From Amoebidium appalachense (taxonomy: Eukaryota > Protista > Ichthyosporea): a stretch of DNA of 64,000 bases. The notes beneath the pieces were generated by a model. That model had not been told where the DNA came from, did not search any database, and saw nothing but the letters and a program-made list of their open reading frames with translations. How positions within the stretch are numbered: position 1 is the first letter of the stretch; every line of letters starts with the position of its first letter. Made by a program: the position numbers and the translations under genes. Location of the stretch: positions 5,559,264 through 5,623,263 of the forward strand of contig CAVNZM010000006.1 of the NCBI GenBank assembly GCA_963693365.1. The letters are read 5' to 3'. Below, in pieces: positions 1 to 25,369 of this stretch.

Positions 1-393
1 ACACACATACACACCCACACCAACACACATTACCACCCATCATGTGTGCATTGCAATCTGCATTGTCTTGTCCATCATGACAGTTTACTTCGTACTCTGA
101 TGCGCATTTTTATTCCGACACCCCCCCCCCCCCCCCCCCCCTCCCCCCCCCCTCCCCCTTCCCTCCCCCCCCCCCCACCCGCCCACCCACCCACCCACCC
201 ACCCACCCCCACCCCAGCCCAACACATACTCCCTACCAAACCCCCTCAATCCCTCTCTCCCCCCCCCCCAAAAAAAAAAAAAAAAAAAGAAGAAGAAGGA
301 AAAACGTACAGACACACACATATACACTTCTTGACTTTCTCATATTCTTTTCCCTTGCTGTCCCATTTTAACCCCCTCTCCCCAACAATACAG

Positions 394-532
394 CATACGT
401 GCCCACATGCTACGTGAGACTCTGGAAGACATTTTGGTTCTTCGTGTTGCCGACCCGGGACCCCAAGGTGTGTTTTCTAAGGACATGTTTTTAGGTTCTA
501 TTTTCATTCTTTTATTTTGTCTTTTTTTTTTT

Positions 533-563
<31 letters not shown>

Positions 564-636
564 GGGTGGGGGGGGGGGGGCTCTATACACATCTCTTCAG
601 CTCCGAAGTAACCCTTACACCCCATCACCTCTATAA
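394..636 (+). CDS. Possible exon pair (394-467, 601-636) of an unidentified gene, perhaps the 3' end of an upstream gene
   Basis: Non-repetitive islands bounded by cag/gtgtgt and ttcag; one joining reads AYVPTCYVRLWKTFWFFVLPTRDPK-LRSNPYTPSPL*. Alternatively 394-467 is a 5' exon of the downstream receptor. No family recognised. Confidence 0.25.
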
Positions 637-1130
637 TTTGCCAACGGAATCAATGAAGGAATCATCGATTAGAATGAATCGTCAAACCTGTAGGTGTTGT
701 AAAGGGTTTGCCGTATCAGGAAACAATTTCGTAACACGGCCCTTTTATTCCCCTCCATTCCTTCTCCTAATCATTGTTGTTGTGTTCAGTTTAACCGATC
801 TCTCTCTCTTCCTCTCTCCCCTACACACTCACACGCACGCACAGGCACACGGACATATGCACGCACACGCGCGCACGCACAACTCAAGCGCACACTTCAC
901 CAAATTGGACAGACACACACAGGTCCATGCACACCTCCATGTTTCCCTTAGCTTTAAAACACAATATTATCTGCTGCTTCCTAGAATGCGATTTCCATTG
1001 TATCCAAATTGCTTGGTAGTGTGGAGCATGTCCTAATTCACATCATCTACTCTCTTCCCGCCACAAGGCACATACAGAAAAATCACACACAAACACACAC
1101 ACACACACACACATAGACACACACGCACGC

Positions 1131-1161
<31 letters not shown>

Positions 1162-1273
1162 AATATTTACACATAAACAAACACAAACAAACACACGAAC
1201 AAGAACACAAACACACACAATCCCCCCCCCCCCCCCCCCCCCCCCATACAGACGCGCGCACACACGCACGCAC

Positions 1274-1311
<38 letters not shown>

Positions 1312-1320
1312 AAATACACA

Positions 1321-3912
1321 CCTCTCTAGGTCATCTGACCACTCCTATCCTTTTCCTACCTAAGATCTCCCTTGATCTGCTCCCCCCTCCCCCTCCCACC
1401 TTTCGCCTCCGTCTATCCCAGCTTAAGTCACAGTGGGGTAGAGTTGATGTATGTGTATGCTATGCTACGAAACACCCTATATATATGCGCCTATTAGAAT
1501 CTGCACAAGCCAGGCCAGATTCACATCTCGTACTAGATACATGCACTAACTTTATTGTTGATGATTTGATAGATCTCGGTGATTATGCTGGCGGTGGTAG
1601 GAAGGAATATCCCGATGCTCTCTTGTTACCAAACACCACTCCCGCTAGACTAGGTGAACCCCTGTCTCAAAAGGAAAGCTTGCGCCGGCTTGCTAGTATG
1701 AATCGATTTGGCCCCCCTGCTCGTATTATTGGTGATACCACTGGAGACCCCCTCATAGACTCTGATAAGTATTTCTCGGAACTGTTTAAAGATAGGACCC
1801 CCGCTCAGAAACCTATTGTGTGGCCTGTAGACCCATCTATCCCCATAGAATCGATCCTCCCCTTTTTCAGTCCCGATGCCATATGGTCTGTGATATCTAG
1901 TTATAGCTCTAGTAAGTCTTGTGGACCTGATGGACTCCCTGCTGGGTTTCTTAAAATCCTTGTTCCCTCCTACCCACAAAAGGAAAGTGATCGTGCTATT
2001 AAACCTGATCTTACTATCATGTTAAGCTCTCTCTTTTCTTGGTGTGTTAAATGTGGACATGTCCCGTCATCTTGGTTAGATACCTTAGTGATCCCCATAG
2101 TTAAGAAGGACTCTGAGGGCCCCATATCATCCTTTCGCCCCATTACACTAACCCAGGTTGTTCGTAGATTCTTTGAAGCTTGCTTACTTAGGTTATTTGC
2201 ACATCACCCTAGGTTTCAATCTATTCTTCACATACACCCATGCCAATCCGCTTTTCGTAAAAACAATTCATGTTATGTTCAAATAATGGCACTGCACGAT
2301 TCTATGCAAGTTGGTGCACAATATGTTGGCTTTATTGATTGGAAAACTGCTTACGATTCTGTCTCCCCTGGTCTCCTATGGGAAAAGCTTGCTGCACGGG
2401 GTGTACCACACTGCATTGGTGTTCTGTTAGAAGCACTCTTGTCTCAAACCTATGGTAGAGCTGTGGTTAATGGGCATCTTTCATATGGTTTTGCTCGTAC
2501 TAGAGGTCTCTTGCAGGGTTCATTGCTTAGCCCCTTTTTGTTTAACCTATTTATAGATGATTTGGCTGTCAAGATTTACGCCGAAAACGATGACCCTATT
2601 AATAACTTTCCGCCTGCACTTCTCTATGCTGATGATCTGTCCCTCCTTGCCCGTACCCCTAGACGCCTGCAAAGATTGTTCGATGTAGTGTCAGAGTGGT
2701 GCAAGGCAAACCTTATGATCCTTAACATAGACAAATGTGGTGTTCTTGTACCTGATATAGCTAACAATTTACACACATTTACATTATCATCTAAACCTGT
2801 ACCTATAGTTCCAGAATACAAATATCTTGGTGTTCCGGTTGATTCTGTTGGTGTTATGTTTCCCCATATGGTCGAAAAGAGGGTAGAGTTGGCTCGTAAG
2901 CGGTTAGCTTTCTTCTCGGCTAATATTTTTAAAGACACACCCCTCCATCCTTCTATTAGACTTACATTTATTCGCACTTTTGTCTTCCCGGCATGTGAAT
3001 ATGGTTTACCCCTTCTCGCCGCTTGGATCAAGAAAGAGAGAACTAGAGCGCTTAAACCCTTGGCAAATTTCCTTGAAGCAGAAGTTGCCTCCTTTCTATC
3101 TAACAACTGTTGTAAACCTGGGCCTGTAACGCTCTCGATATATGGTCTGGTCCCAATAGCTGCTAGAGTATCCTATCTCGCGCTGAAATTCAATAAGCAC
3201 ATAAGCCGCTTAAAGAAGTATTTGCCCTCCCACCCTCTCTTCTCTATCCGACCTGTCCCCTCCTCACCTCTCCCCTCTTTCCTCCCCTCTCTCTCCCCTT
3301 CTCCCCTGGGCACAAATACAAATAAACCCCGCAATAGTGTGTGTGTGACTTTGGACTGCCACTTACTTATTAAACATGTACACAATCACAAGATAATCAC
3401 GCAATATAACAAATGGAAAAAGATACCACACGACACTAGACCCGATGAAAGCATACACCTTGAAAAACTAAGCCTTATGTCTCGTTTTATATATACTGAC
3501 CGCCTCAACCATATTGCCAAATATGGCACTCGCAAGTGTATAACACCTAAATACATATTACCTTCCTGTAGAACTGGTCTTTCTCTAGCTGATGGTATTA
3601 TTGATCAATTACCACGCTTTTACTGTACACGTGCTATACAGTGGAGATCTAATAAGTATAAGGTGGCATCATTTGCATGCCCAAACAACACACACACACA
3701 CCAGTTTAACCGGTCATGTATCGCCAAATGTAGTTTGATAGACCACATAATACCGCAACACACACACGTCACATTCACAACAGACACCCAGAAAGATAGC
3801 CTACCTGTAAATTACAACATCCTTGATTTTATACTAAACACGCGTAACTACGACCTGTTTATTAGGTGTATTGATTGGCTTGAGAAACACATCACTACAA
3901 AATTATAGCGCA

Positions 3913-3981
<69 letters not shown>

Positions 3982-4013
3982 CCAGCTGATACCGAGTGTC
4001 CCGAGGGGAGCCC

Positions 4014-4064
<51 letters not shown>

Positions 4065-4259
4065 GGGGAACCCCAACTAATTGATTTCTCCTTGTAGTCT
4101 TTATGGTGTCTCGTAGAGAAAGTAAACCCTGATATATAGTCACCACCCGACATCTATGTACGTGATCATGATATACCGCTGAGGGGATATTCCGAGCAAA
4201 ACCCCCCCCCCCATACCTGAGACTGGTTCTCTTTGCCTCGAGTAAACAGCGTAAACCCC
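1321..4259 (+). mobile_element. 5'-truncated non-LTR retrotransposon (LINE), near-identical to 29704-32648
   Basis: Sequence from cctctctaggtcatctgacc onward matches the full copy, including the 3' UTR (CA)n, the poly(A) and ~196 bp beyond it. Candidate 8-bp TSD atacacac at 1314-1321 and 4260-4267. Confidence 0.95.
1485..3908 (+). CDS. Truncated LINE ORF2 (reverse transcriptase and C-terminus; most of the APE endonuclease is lost)
   Basis: RT motifs GPDG, FRPITL, QSAFR, FIDWKTAYDSV, GLLQGSLLSP, LYADD, YKYLG; matches the C-terminal 807 aa of ORF 29099-32293 except one I/V change that I noticed. Confidence 0.93.
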   Translation: MRLLESAQARPDSHLVLDTCTNFIVDDLIDLGDYAGGGRKEYPDALLLPNTTPARLGEPLSQKESLRRLASMNRFGPPARIIGDTTGDPLIDSDKYFSELFKDRTPAQKPIVWPVDPSIPIESILPFFSPDAIWSVISSYSSSKSCGPDGLPAGFLKILVPSYPQKESDRAIKPDLTIMLSSLFSWCVKCGHVPSSWLDTLVIPIVKKDSEGPISSFRPITLTQVVRRFFEACLLRLFAHHPRFQSILHIHPCQSAFRKNNSCYVQIMALHDSMQVGAQYVGFIDWKTAYDSVSPGLLWEKLAARGVPHCIGVLLEALLSQTYGRAVVNGHLSYGFARTRGLLQGSLLSPFLFNLFIDDLAVKIYAENDDPINNFPPALLYADDLSLLARTPRRLQRLFDVVSEWCKANLMILNIDKCGVLVPDIANNLHTFTLSSKPVPIVPEYKYLGVPVDSVGVMFPHMVEKRVELARKRLAFFSANIFKDTPLHPSIRLTFIRTFVFPACEYGLPLLAAWIKKERTRALKPLANFLEAEVASFLSNNCCKPGPVTLSIYGLVPIAARVSYLALKFNKHISRLKKYLPSHPLFSIRPVPSSPLPSFLPSLSPSPLGTNTNKPRNSVCVTLDCHLLIKHVHNHKIITQYNKWKKIPHDTRPDESIHLEKLSLMSRFIYTDRLNHIAKYGTRKCITPKYILPSCRTGLSLADGIIDQLPRFYCTRAIQWRSNKYKVASFACPNNTHTHQFNRSCIAKCSLIDHIIPQHTHVTFTTDTQKDSLPVNYNILDFILNTRNYDLFIRCIDWLEKHITTKL

Positions 4260-4305
4260 ATACACACATACACACACCAAAAACAACAACATATAAATAC
4301 CCCCT

Positions 4306-4347
<42 letters not shown>

Positions 4348-4455
4348 CACACACACACAAACACCCCCCTCCCTCCCCTCCCTCCCCTCCCCTCCTCCCA
4401 TCACCCCTGCTCCCCCCCCCCCCCCCCCCCCCCCCAACCCCCCCCCTCCCCCCCC

Positions 4456-4490
<35 letters not shown>

Positions 4491-4541
4491 CCTCTCCCCA
4501 CCTCCCCGTCTCCCTCTCCACCCCAACACACACACACACAG

Positions 4542-17663
<13,122 letters not shown>

Positions 17664-18633
17664 TTTTTCTTCGATCTAAATCGTTTTCCATTTTTACTTC
17701 CTTTCTCCCCTTTCCATTCCTTTTGTGTCTTGGGCTTCGAGCTTCATTGTTTACGGTGTTCCGCGCCGGGGGGGGGGGGGGGGGGGGGGAAGGGGGGTAG
17801 GTTCCGGGGGGGGGGGGGGGAGGGAGGGGGGGGGGGGGGTTACGTAGACCCTTCCAATCGTATAAGGTAACCATAAGTGTACATGTACAGATATCAGCTT
17901 TCTTCTTGATGTACGTTAACGATATTGGGTGGGTTTGCACTCATCGAATACTGGTTGGATGAATTCCGCTAGATTAAACCGTTACCCGTCTGATGTAGTC
18001 GGCCCGAGTGCTGCCTGTGGATGGGTTATTGGGGGCAAAATAGCAAACATAGAATGTGTAGCTATGTACAGTGAGTGAGGGCTTTGATCTTGGTCATTAT
18101 AATAAGAGATACTGGAAATTTATTATTAGAGCGAATATAATGTCGTATTTACAGAATATTACTGCCTGGGTGCATATGCGCAATAGAAGCTGTGATAGTG
18201 TGCCCGGTCACATCGGCATGCATGATCAGCCCAGTAAAAAAAAGGCTGAACATTCAGTCCCCCCCCCCCCCCCCCCCCCCCCTCCCCCGGGGGCCCCCCC
18301 CCTCTCTCTCTCTCGAAGCCCCCCACCCCCAACACACACACCGTGGCAGACAGGGAGAGGCACGAGGGAAGAAAAAAAAAAAAAAAAATCAGCGCCGACG
18401 TGCACAGGTTTGTCTGTCCTCGGTGTGGCAGTGTGAAAGTGCGTGCGAGTGAGTGTGAGTGTACCAATGGCATGTGCACTTCGTACGGTTTCGTTTTCAG
18501 AGTTTGAGTGTGCAGTCTGTCCCGGTCCGTGGGCATGGAAGTGTTTTTTCTTTTTTTTTTTGTGTGTGTGTGTGGGGGGGGGGGGGAGGGGGGGGGGGGG
18601 GGGGGGGGGGGGGGCATGTGTGCTGGTGTGCGA

Positions 18634-18676
<43 letters not shown>

Positions 18677-19013
18677 TGTTAGTGTCGTCTTTTCTCCTTT
18701 AGCCTACGGTGTTCGACCATATATATCAGGATTTATTTTATCTCGTGGTATTTTCATGGCCCAGGACTCGAAAATCAGTGGGCTCCCAAGGCACAACCTC
18801 ACAACAGTAGGTACGATGCACGAAAAACGTAATTGTTTACATGTCTCTCTGCATCAGTATTTACAATGTTTACAAACCCTCCCGGATACTTCCCGAAGAA
18901 AAACGGTGGGTGGAGAACACATCATAGTGTGTCAAATTGAAAGCAACTGTATACGTCTAGGTCTCTACATTATCACAGCGATTCGAAGCGAAAAGAATGT
19001 TTCAAGTTACGAA

Positions 19014-19860
19014 CTATGCTGAATTGATAGGCTTGCTGCCGTTCTTCAGGTACTTCTTCAGAGACCTCACGTTGTTCTTTGCAATGGTGCACGTGGTCAC
19101 CTGCGCAGCGCCCGCAGGGTCGTTCTGCTGGATGGTGGCCCTAATCTAGTTCAAAAACGACGACACACGTGTGTACACGCCGTAGTGATGCCAGTCCTTG
19201 TTTTTGACCAAACAGTCGGGCCCATAAGAAACAAGCCCAACCTGGCACGGCCTATCTTCAACCATCTGCCCCGTACGGTCACTTCCCTCGTTGAACAGGG
19301 GCCCACCAGAATCACCGCTGCATACGTCCCGATGGTTCCCTCCGGCACAAATCTGACTGTCCACGACCGTGCCATCATTGCGCTGGTTACAGGCAGGCTG
19401 GCTCCTACCATACACAATTGCAATGCCCTGTACATGTTGCAGCTTGTCGGGATATTTACTAGCATCTTTGCCATTCTCGTCGACATAATCCAAAATAGCC
19501 CCCCACCCCATCACCTCAAAAGCAGTCCTTCCCGCTTTGCGCTTGTTGTTCCACATGGGGCTCTGGCTAGCAAGGAGCATAAACCACGTGGTAGGGACGG
19601 GTTGGTCTAACTGAATGAGTGCAATGTCAGAGAGCTCGTCTTTGCCGTCGAGTGTAACATACTGCGGGTGTACCGTGACTTCCTTGATCGTGCGGGACCA
19701 GCCTGGGCCCACCATGTCTTTGGGGCAGCCGCCCACAACAACACGATAGCCGAGTCCCCTTCCCGTTCTTATACACACAGTGTGCTGCGGTAAGGGTGCA
19801 ATGAGTGTCCCACCGCAGTTGAAGTCACCGGAATCCGGGTTTTTCGTGCCGAATCGAGCG
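19014..19860 (-). pseudogene. Intronless trypsin-like (S1A) serine protease pseudogene
   Basis: FNCGGTLIAP, LTAAHC (frameshifted relative to neighbours), SDIALIQL, VCSGDSGGPL, GVYTRVSSFL. A premature TAG replaces the expected W of FLNWI at 19146-19148 and the frame continues to a stop at 19014. No N-terminal IVGG or signal peptide visible. Confidence 0.88.
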
Positions 19861-21836
19861 CAGGCGCTGATTGGTTAACCTATAATATTCTCCTTGCTAT
19901 GATTGGTACAGCAAAAACGTTGCGTTTTGCCTATATTTGGTTCGACTGCAGATCTTGGACAACTTGTTACTTGCAACTGCCACCACATGTACTCGTCACT
20001 GCTCGGCGGAAGATATACTTCAAGGCTAAAACAAAATGGATTGTACATTGTACATTTTAAGAATAGTATTTATGTAAAATGCATATGAAAGTACTCTCAT
20101 AGATACAAAGACAGCACTTCTGTTACACTTCTAAATTCCGATCTTCTGTGATAAACGTCACGATCATTGCTGGAATACGCAGATCTCTGCAATGATTGGC
20201 TTACCTGAAATCTTATTCTTCCGTCCGATTGGCTCATCTCGATCTACCTTCGGGTTGCAAGTTGCAAGTGCAATAGGTGATCTGTTACTCTGAGTGCTGC
20301 TCCCTGCGGCCCCCTCCTTTTTTTTAATGTTTCCTTTTAATGTCGCCGCAGTCCCGCAGCGTAGTAGGGCCCAACCACTTACGTAAGCCAGCGGGTACAA
20401 ATCCTTGGAGACTATGTTTTCTGTCCTGCTTCAAGAAGAAATACTGCCACTTCTGATGAGAACTCCGGATCCAATTTAAATGCGTGCGTGCACACACGTC
20501 GATTTGCTGTGCCACGTGGCCATGGACCTATATAAAGATGCCTAATGGAGCTATATGCCCCTTTAAAGACATAAACACAGTACCGCGGCTGGTTGGGGGA
20601 GATCAGGGGGTGGGAAGAATTCAGGGCGCGGCGGCGGGGGGGGGAGGGGGGGGGCAACGGTTGCGTTGAGGGGTCTGGGGGCGACCCACCACCAATACTA
20701 CCCTCGGTTTTCGAACGCGTACGGGTGGGGGCCCGAGGTGGGCAGGGGCCGGGGGGGGGGGGGGGGGGGGGAGGGGGAGGGGGGGGGGAGGGGGGGAGAG
20801 GACTAGGGGGGGGGGGGGAGGGGAGGGGGGAGGGGGGAGAGGACTAGGGGGGGGGGGGGGGAGGGCGTGGCGTACCCAAGTCTTTTCTTCTGTTGGAGGG
20901 GGGGGATGGGAGAGGACAGGCACCTTGCTGAATGGGTGCATGTTTGTTTGTTTTTTTTTGTTTTTTTTTTTTTTGGGGGGGGGGGGGGAGGGGGGGGAGG
21001 GGATTTTTTGGAGGGGGGGGGGGGGGGAAGGTACTGCTGGGTGTGTGTGTGTGTGTGGGGAGAGGGGGTGGGGGGGGGGGGGGGGGGGGGAGGGGCAGGG
21101 GAAAGGGAGGGGGCGATGGTCACGAGCACCGCCTTCGTCCCTTTGGGCCATCTACCATTGCCTTGATTTGATGTTTCATTTTATTTTATTCGTTTTGTTT
21201 TACCAATTAGCTCAGATCACCGTGAAAAACGCAAGACTCCGCACCGGGCACCGGAACAAATGTATGCATCATATCTGAGTCCTTTCAAAGCTACTAATCT
21301 AATGGCCCCATTGAAAAAGTCGAAAACATATGGTCTTCACGCGCATTTTTTTGTTAGTTTCTCGTCTTTTGAGATGCCAAAGTTTTATTAAAGTTTATAT
21401 TCATTGATTGTGTTGCAGACTCAGTGCAGTTCTGTTTTGCCATCCGACCCATTCTTCAGAGCTTTCCCGCCACAACTTTAATATTAATGTGCAGCTGCAA
21501 CCCCCCCCCCCCCCTCCCCCCCCCCCCCCCCCCCTTCCCCCCCCTTCCAACGGAACCCACCATCAACCTAAGCACTTGGGTATCTTGAAAGCCTTGAAAC
21601 CCCCCCTCCCCTCCCCCCCTCCCCCGCCTCCACACCCCACCCTTTCCGTGTGTGTGTGTGCGTGTAACCCCGCGCCAGTCTGCGCGCGCGCATGCACACA
21701 CAGAGGCCGGGGGGAGTGTGTGTGTGGGGGTTACTGGCCATGACGCGTGTGCGTGTGCGTGCGTGTGTGTATGTGTGTGTAAGTGTGTGCGGGAGTTTGT
21801 GTGTGTGTGTTTGTGTTTGTGTATGAGTGAGTGTGA

Positions 21837-21903
<67 letters not shown>

Positions 21904-22167
21904 CACGTGTCACTGTGCGTGTGTGTGTGTATGCATGCCATAGTGTGCGGGTGTATGAGTGTGTGTGTGTTTGCCCGCGCATGCATGGGTGTACGTGCGC
22001 GTGTGTATGTGTTATGTATGTGTGTGCACGAGCAGGGGTAAAGTGTGCCACGTACAGTGTGTGTATCATCAGTGTGGCACGTATGTGAGTGTGTTTGTGT
22101 GTATGTTCTAGGTGTTCTTTGTGTGTGGGATGCTATGGTGTGTTTCAGTGTGTGTGTGTGTGTGCCA

Positions 22168-22255
<88 letters not shown>

Positions 22256-23956
22256 GCGTGTGTCTGCGTGTTTGCGCGTGTGCGTGTTTGCGTGCAACAG
22301 CTGCAGTGTGTGAATGTGCCTGTGTTTCAAGCGCATACAATACATAGAACAAGTACCCACCAAAAACCGAAACTCTGGAAACAACTTGAACAGTTACATG
22401 TACAGCAACAAAGAACAAACAAGACCAAAACGAATTCAACTTTTTTCGAACAACAACCGATATAAGGCAAACTCATATTCAACGTCTTGTTATTTCTTGA
22501 TACTGCCGAACACACTTTTGATGGCACATACTGCAGTGCCCCCCCCCCCCCCCCTCCCCCCCCCCCCCCCTCCCAGGACCCGCGGCCGCGGGGTTCCTTT
22601 TTTTAGGAGACACGGGTTGACGGGTTGTAAAGTAGGCGTGTATGGGGGGCCGGGAAGACTTTTGGGGGGGGGGGGGGGGGGGGGTCTGAGCAATACAACT
22701 ATGCTTTTGAGCAGCTCAGGCTGTTTCACTTAGAGGTCTCAGCGACTCTTGCGCGACTTCGTGTTGCCAGTGCTTCACTTACGTATTGTGAAAAAGATTG
22801 GATAGAAAAAGGAACTTTTCTTTAGATATATTACTAATGATTTTAGAAACTAATCCACTGTGACCCAGCTTCAGTTTTTGTGCCGTGTGTGGTACATGCA
22901 TGGGCCAGGTAGTGTATTATAGTGCTCGAATGTGAGTGTAAAAAATTCCTCGCTGTAGCGAGGCTGGGGCAAAAACCCTGGAGCTAAGTGTGTACCAGAA
23001 GTTAGGATTGGGCCGGGCGTGTTAGCTGAGCTGAACTGCACCATGAATATTCATCACACCCTAATTAGGGTTCAGCCGGTGCTTACATATATTATGGAAG
23101 ACTGTAGTTCGCTCGATAGAACCGAAGGAGCCCCCGCGCGAACAAATCTTACAACGGTATAAAAAGAATTAGTAATGAAATTGAGTTTACATAATAAATT
23201 TCGCTGGTGTGTCTTCTTCCAGGTGTGCTACAGAGCTTTGTTGCCACAGTGTGCACATGTGTGAGGGCAAGGTCTTGTGGAAGGCTTACCAATAGGATAA
23301 ATACTTCATTATTGTCGGACTCGTGAGTCGTGAGCATGCATATCATGAATAATGTATGTGCGATTGTGTGCAGGCCTCGGGCGGCCGTGTGCACGTGTGA
23401 GTCTGCCAGGTCGTGCGAACTTAAGACTGTGAACTTCTGTGGGTTGTGGAGAACGGGTGCCTGAGTGTGTGTGTGTGTGTGCGTTCTTGCAAGTGCCTGA
23501 TCATTGACTGATCACAGTGTCACAGTGGTGGTATGAAATAATAATGTGTAATACAATTGCTGCATGCATATATATATTTGTGATTGCACGGAGTCTCAGA
23601 GGCGGGGAGGGAGGGGGGGGGGGGGGGGGGGGGGGGGCGCACCGTTAGGGGGGGGGGGGGGGGGGAAGGGAATTAGGGAAGGGCCGCCCGGGGACGTGGG
23701 CTGAGAAAGTGAAAGAGCCTTCTCTCACCGAGGCAGTGCCTATCGTGCCCCGTACCGGGCCCCTCCAGCACCGCCAATTTTTTCTACTACATACGTCTAC
23801 CCGTTTTAAAATTCTGGCAACCATGATTATCACGGGCATCCCACAGTACCATTCACCTTTCACTGTTTTTGTAAAAAAAAAAAAAAAAAAAGAAAAGAAA
23901 AGGTATAAGGGCCGTGTACATGTCTGCTTGAACACATAAGGCCTCGCGTATACAGT

Positions 23957-24122
23957 ATACTTAGCTTGATTCATCAAGCACTATTTAGAGTGTATTCTAG
24001 GGAAATCATTGGTTGAAATGGTGTTTCTAACAATGACAGCCCAATGGGTGAGCTCCGTTGGTATATAAGGAGCGAACTCCTACTAGTCGTTAGCTCATTT
24101 CCCAACGTCGCACCCACTTCAC
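23957..24122 (+). repeat. Direct repeat A1 (166 bp) with TATA- and CCAAT-like boxes
   Basis: atacttagcttgattcatcaagcac...acttcac is repeated at 26914-27079 with about six substitutions; contains gtatataagg and cccaatggg. Confidence 0.93.
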
Positions 24123-24230
24123 GCGACGTTTTGGCGAGAGCTCGGTTTAGGTTGCAGTCCCCTTCGCACACTTAGATCTAAGTAAGCTACGGTAGGTGGC
24201 AGAACTTGTCACCCTAATTCCTCGCCTAGC

Positions 24231-24982
24231 ATGGAGAACGCTGCCTTCAACCTGTATAGCGCCGAGGTTCGCAGGCTCCTTCCGGCTGATAACAACAACA
24301 AGGAGGAGTCGGACGAGCAGCTGCAGCGGTGTGAGCGCCTTCGGCAAACTTGGAACCCGCAGCAAAACGTGCTACGACTCACCCGCGGCGAGTTCGTGGA
24401 GTCCGACCACGCATCTCTGCAAGCCGTCGAGCATTTTGTGGTTGACGGGCGTTTCCCATTTGGCCCACGGCCCTTGTGGTCAGACGGATTGTTCCCTGGG
24501 GGAGACCTCTTCAAGCCCATCAAGGAGGAGGCTGAACAGTGGATAGGACTGGTCAACGCGGGTGCAGGCGCTCAATTTGGTCGCCGCACTACCCAAGCTA
24601 GCCAACGAGTCGGCGGACGCCTTTGCGGCCCGTCAGCTTACCCTGCTCCGCGAGCTCGTCGTCGACCTCATCAGTTGCGGCGGTGACAGACTCCAGCTGT
24701 TGTACATTCGGCGCGCGGAGGGTCACGCAGTTGCAGAGGTCGCCCGTGCCCAAATTGAGAAGACGTACAACCCTAAGTACGGCGCCAAGTTGGTCCAAGG
24801 CTGTTGCGCACGCCAAACAGAAGGAGCGCGAATCCGAGCTGGTTCGCGCATCGGCCAACAAGCACGCTAGCGAGGGCGGGCCCGCGGGCCCCTACACGCA
24901 CGAGGGCGGCCGCGGAGGCTACCCCAACCCCAACAGGACGGCACCAAGTGGCAGTCACTCTACCGGCGCTCCGCGCCAGTAG
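24231..24982 (+). pseudogene. Gag-like ORF1 of the YR element, with two apparent frameshifts
   Basis: Coding-like GC-rich sequence that moves across ORFs 24231-, 24562- and 24623-24982. It is helical with a Gly/Pro/Arg-rich tail and occupies the ORF1 position. Gag identity is inferred from position only. Confidence 0.55.
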
Positions 24983-25369
24983 AGGTCCCTTCGCCTTCCT
25001 TCTCCCAGCGGCGTACGCTGGGCACTGTACCATAGCGCAGCAATATTCCCCAAAAATTTCGTTTACTTTGATTTACACTGTTCTACCGTGTTGAGTTTCC
25101 ACGTTCTTCCATTCGTTGTTTATTAGGTCTCTGCGGAAAATGCCCCTCTGGGCCTTGGACTTCGCCACCACGGCGTAGGACACCGTGACTGTCCCGGTCG
25201 TTTCTGCACCTGCCCCTTCCCCAGCACCTGCGGAGCCACCAAGGTCGACTTCTCCGCCCCCCCGGTGCCCCTGAAGGGGTGATTATTTTGCCCGGTCAAG
25301 AAGGTGGTGTGGGGGACCCAGCTGCGGGGACCCCTCCCACTGTGGATGTAAACCACGCGGCGATGGGGT

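Noticed and set aside
2624-3106. Antisense ORFs inside the LINEs (also 28399-29094, 31009-31491)
   Set aside because: Shadows of ORF1/ORF2; identical between copies only because the copies are recent.
22700-23640. Non-repetitive intergenic stretch, possible TE remnant
   Set aside because: No recognisable ORF, termini or repeat partner; cannot be supported.
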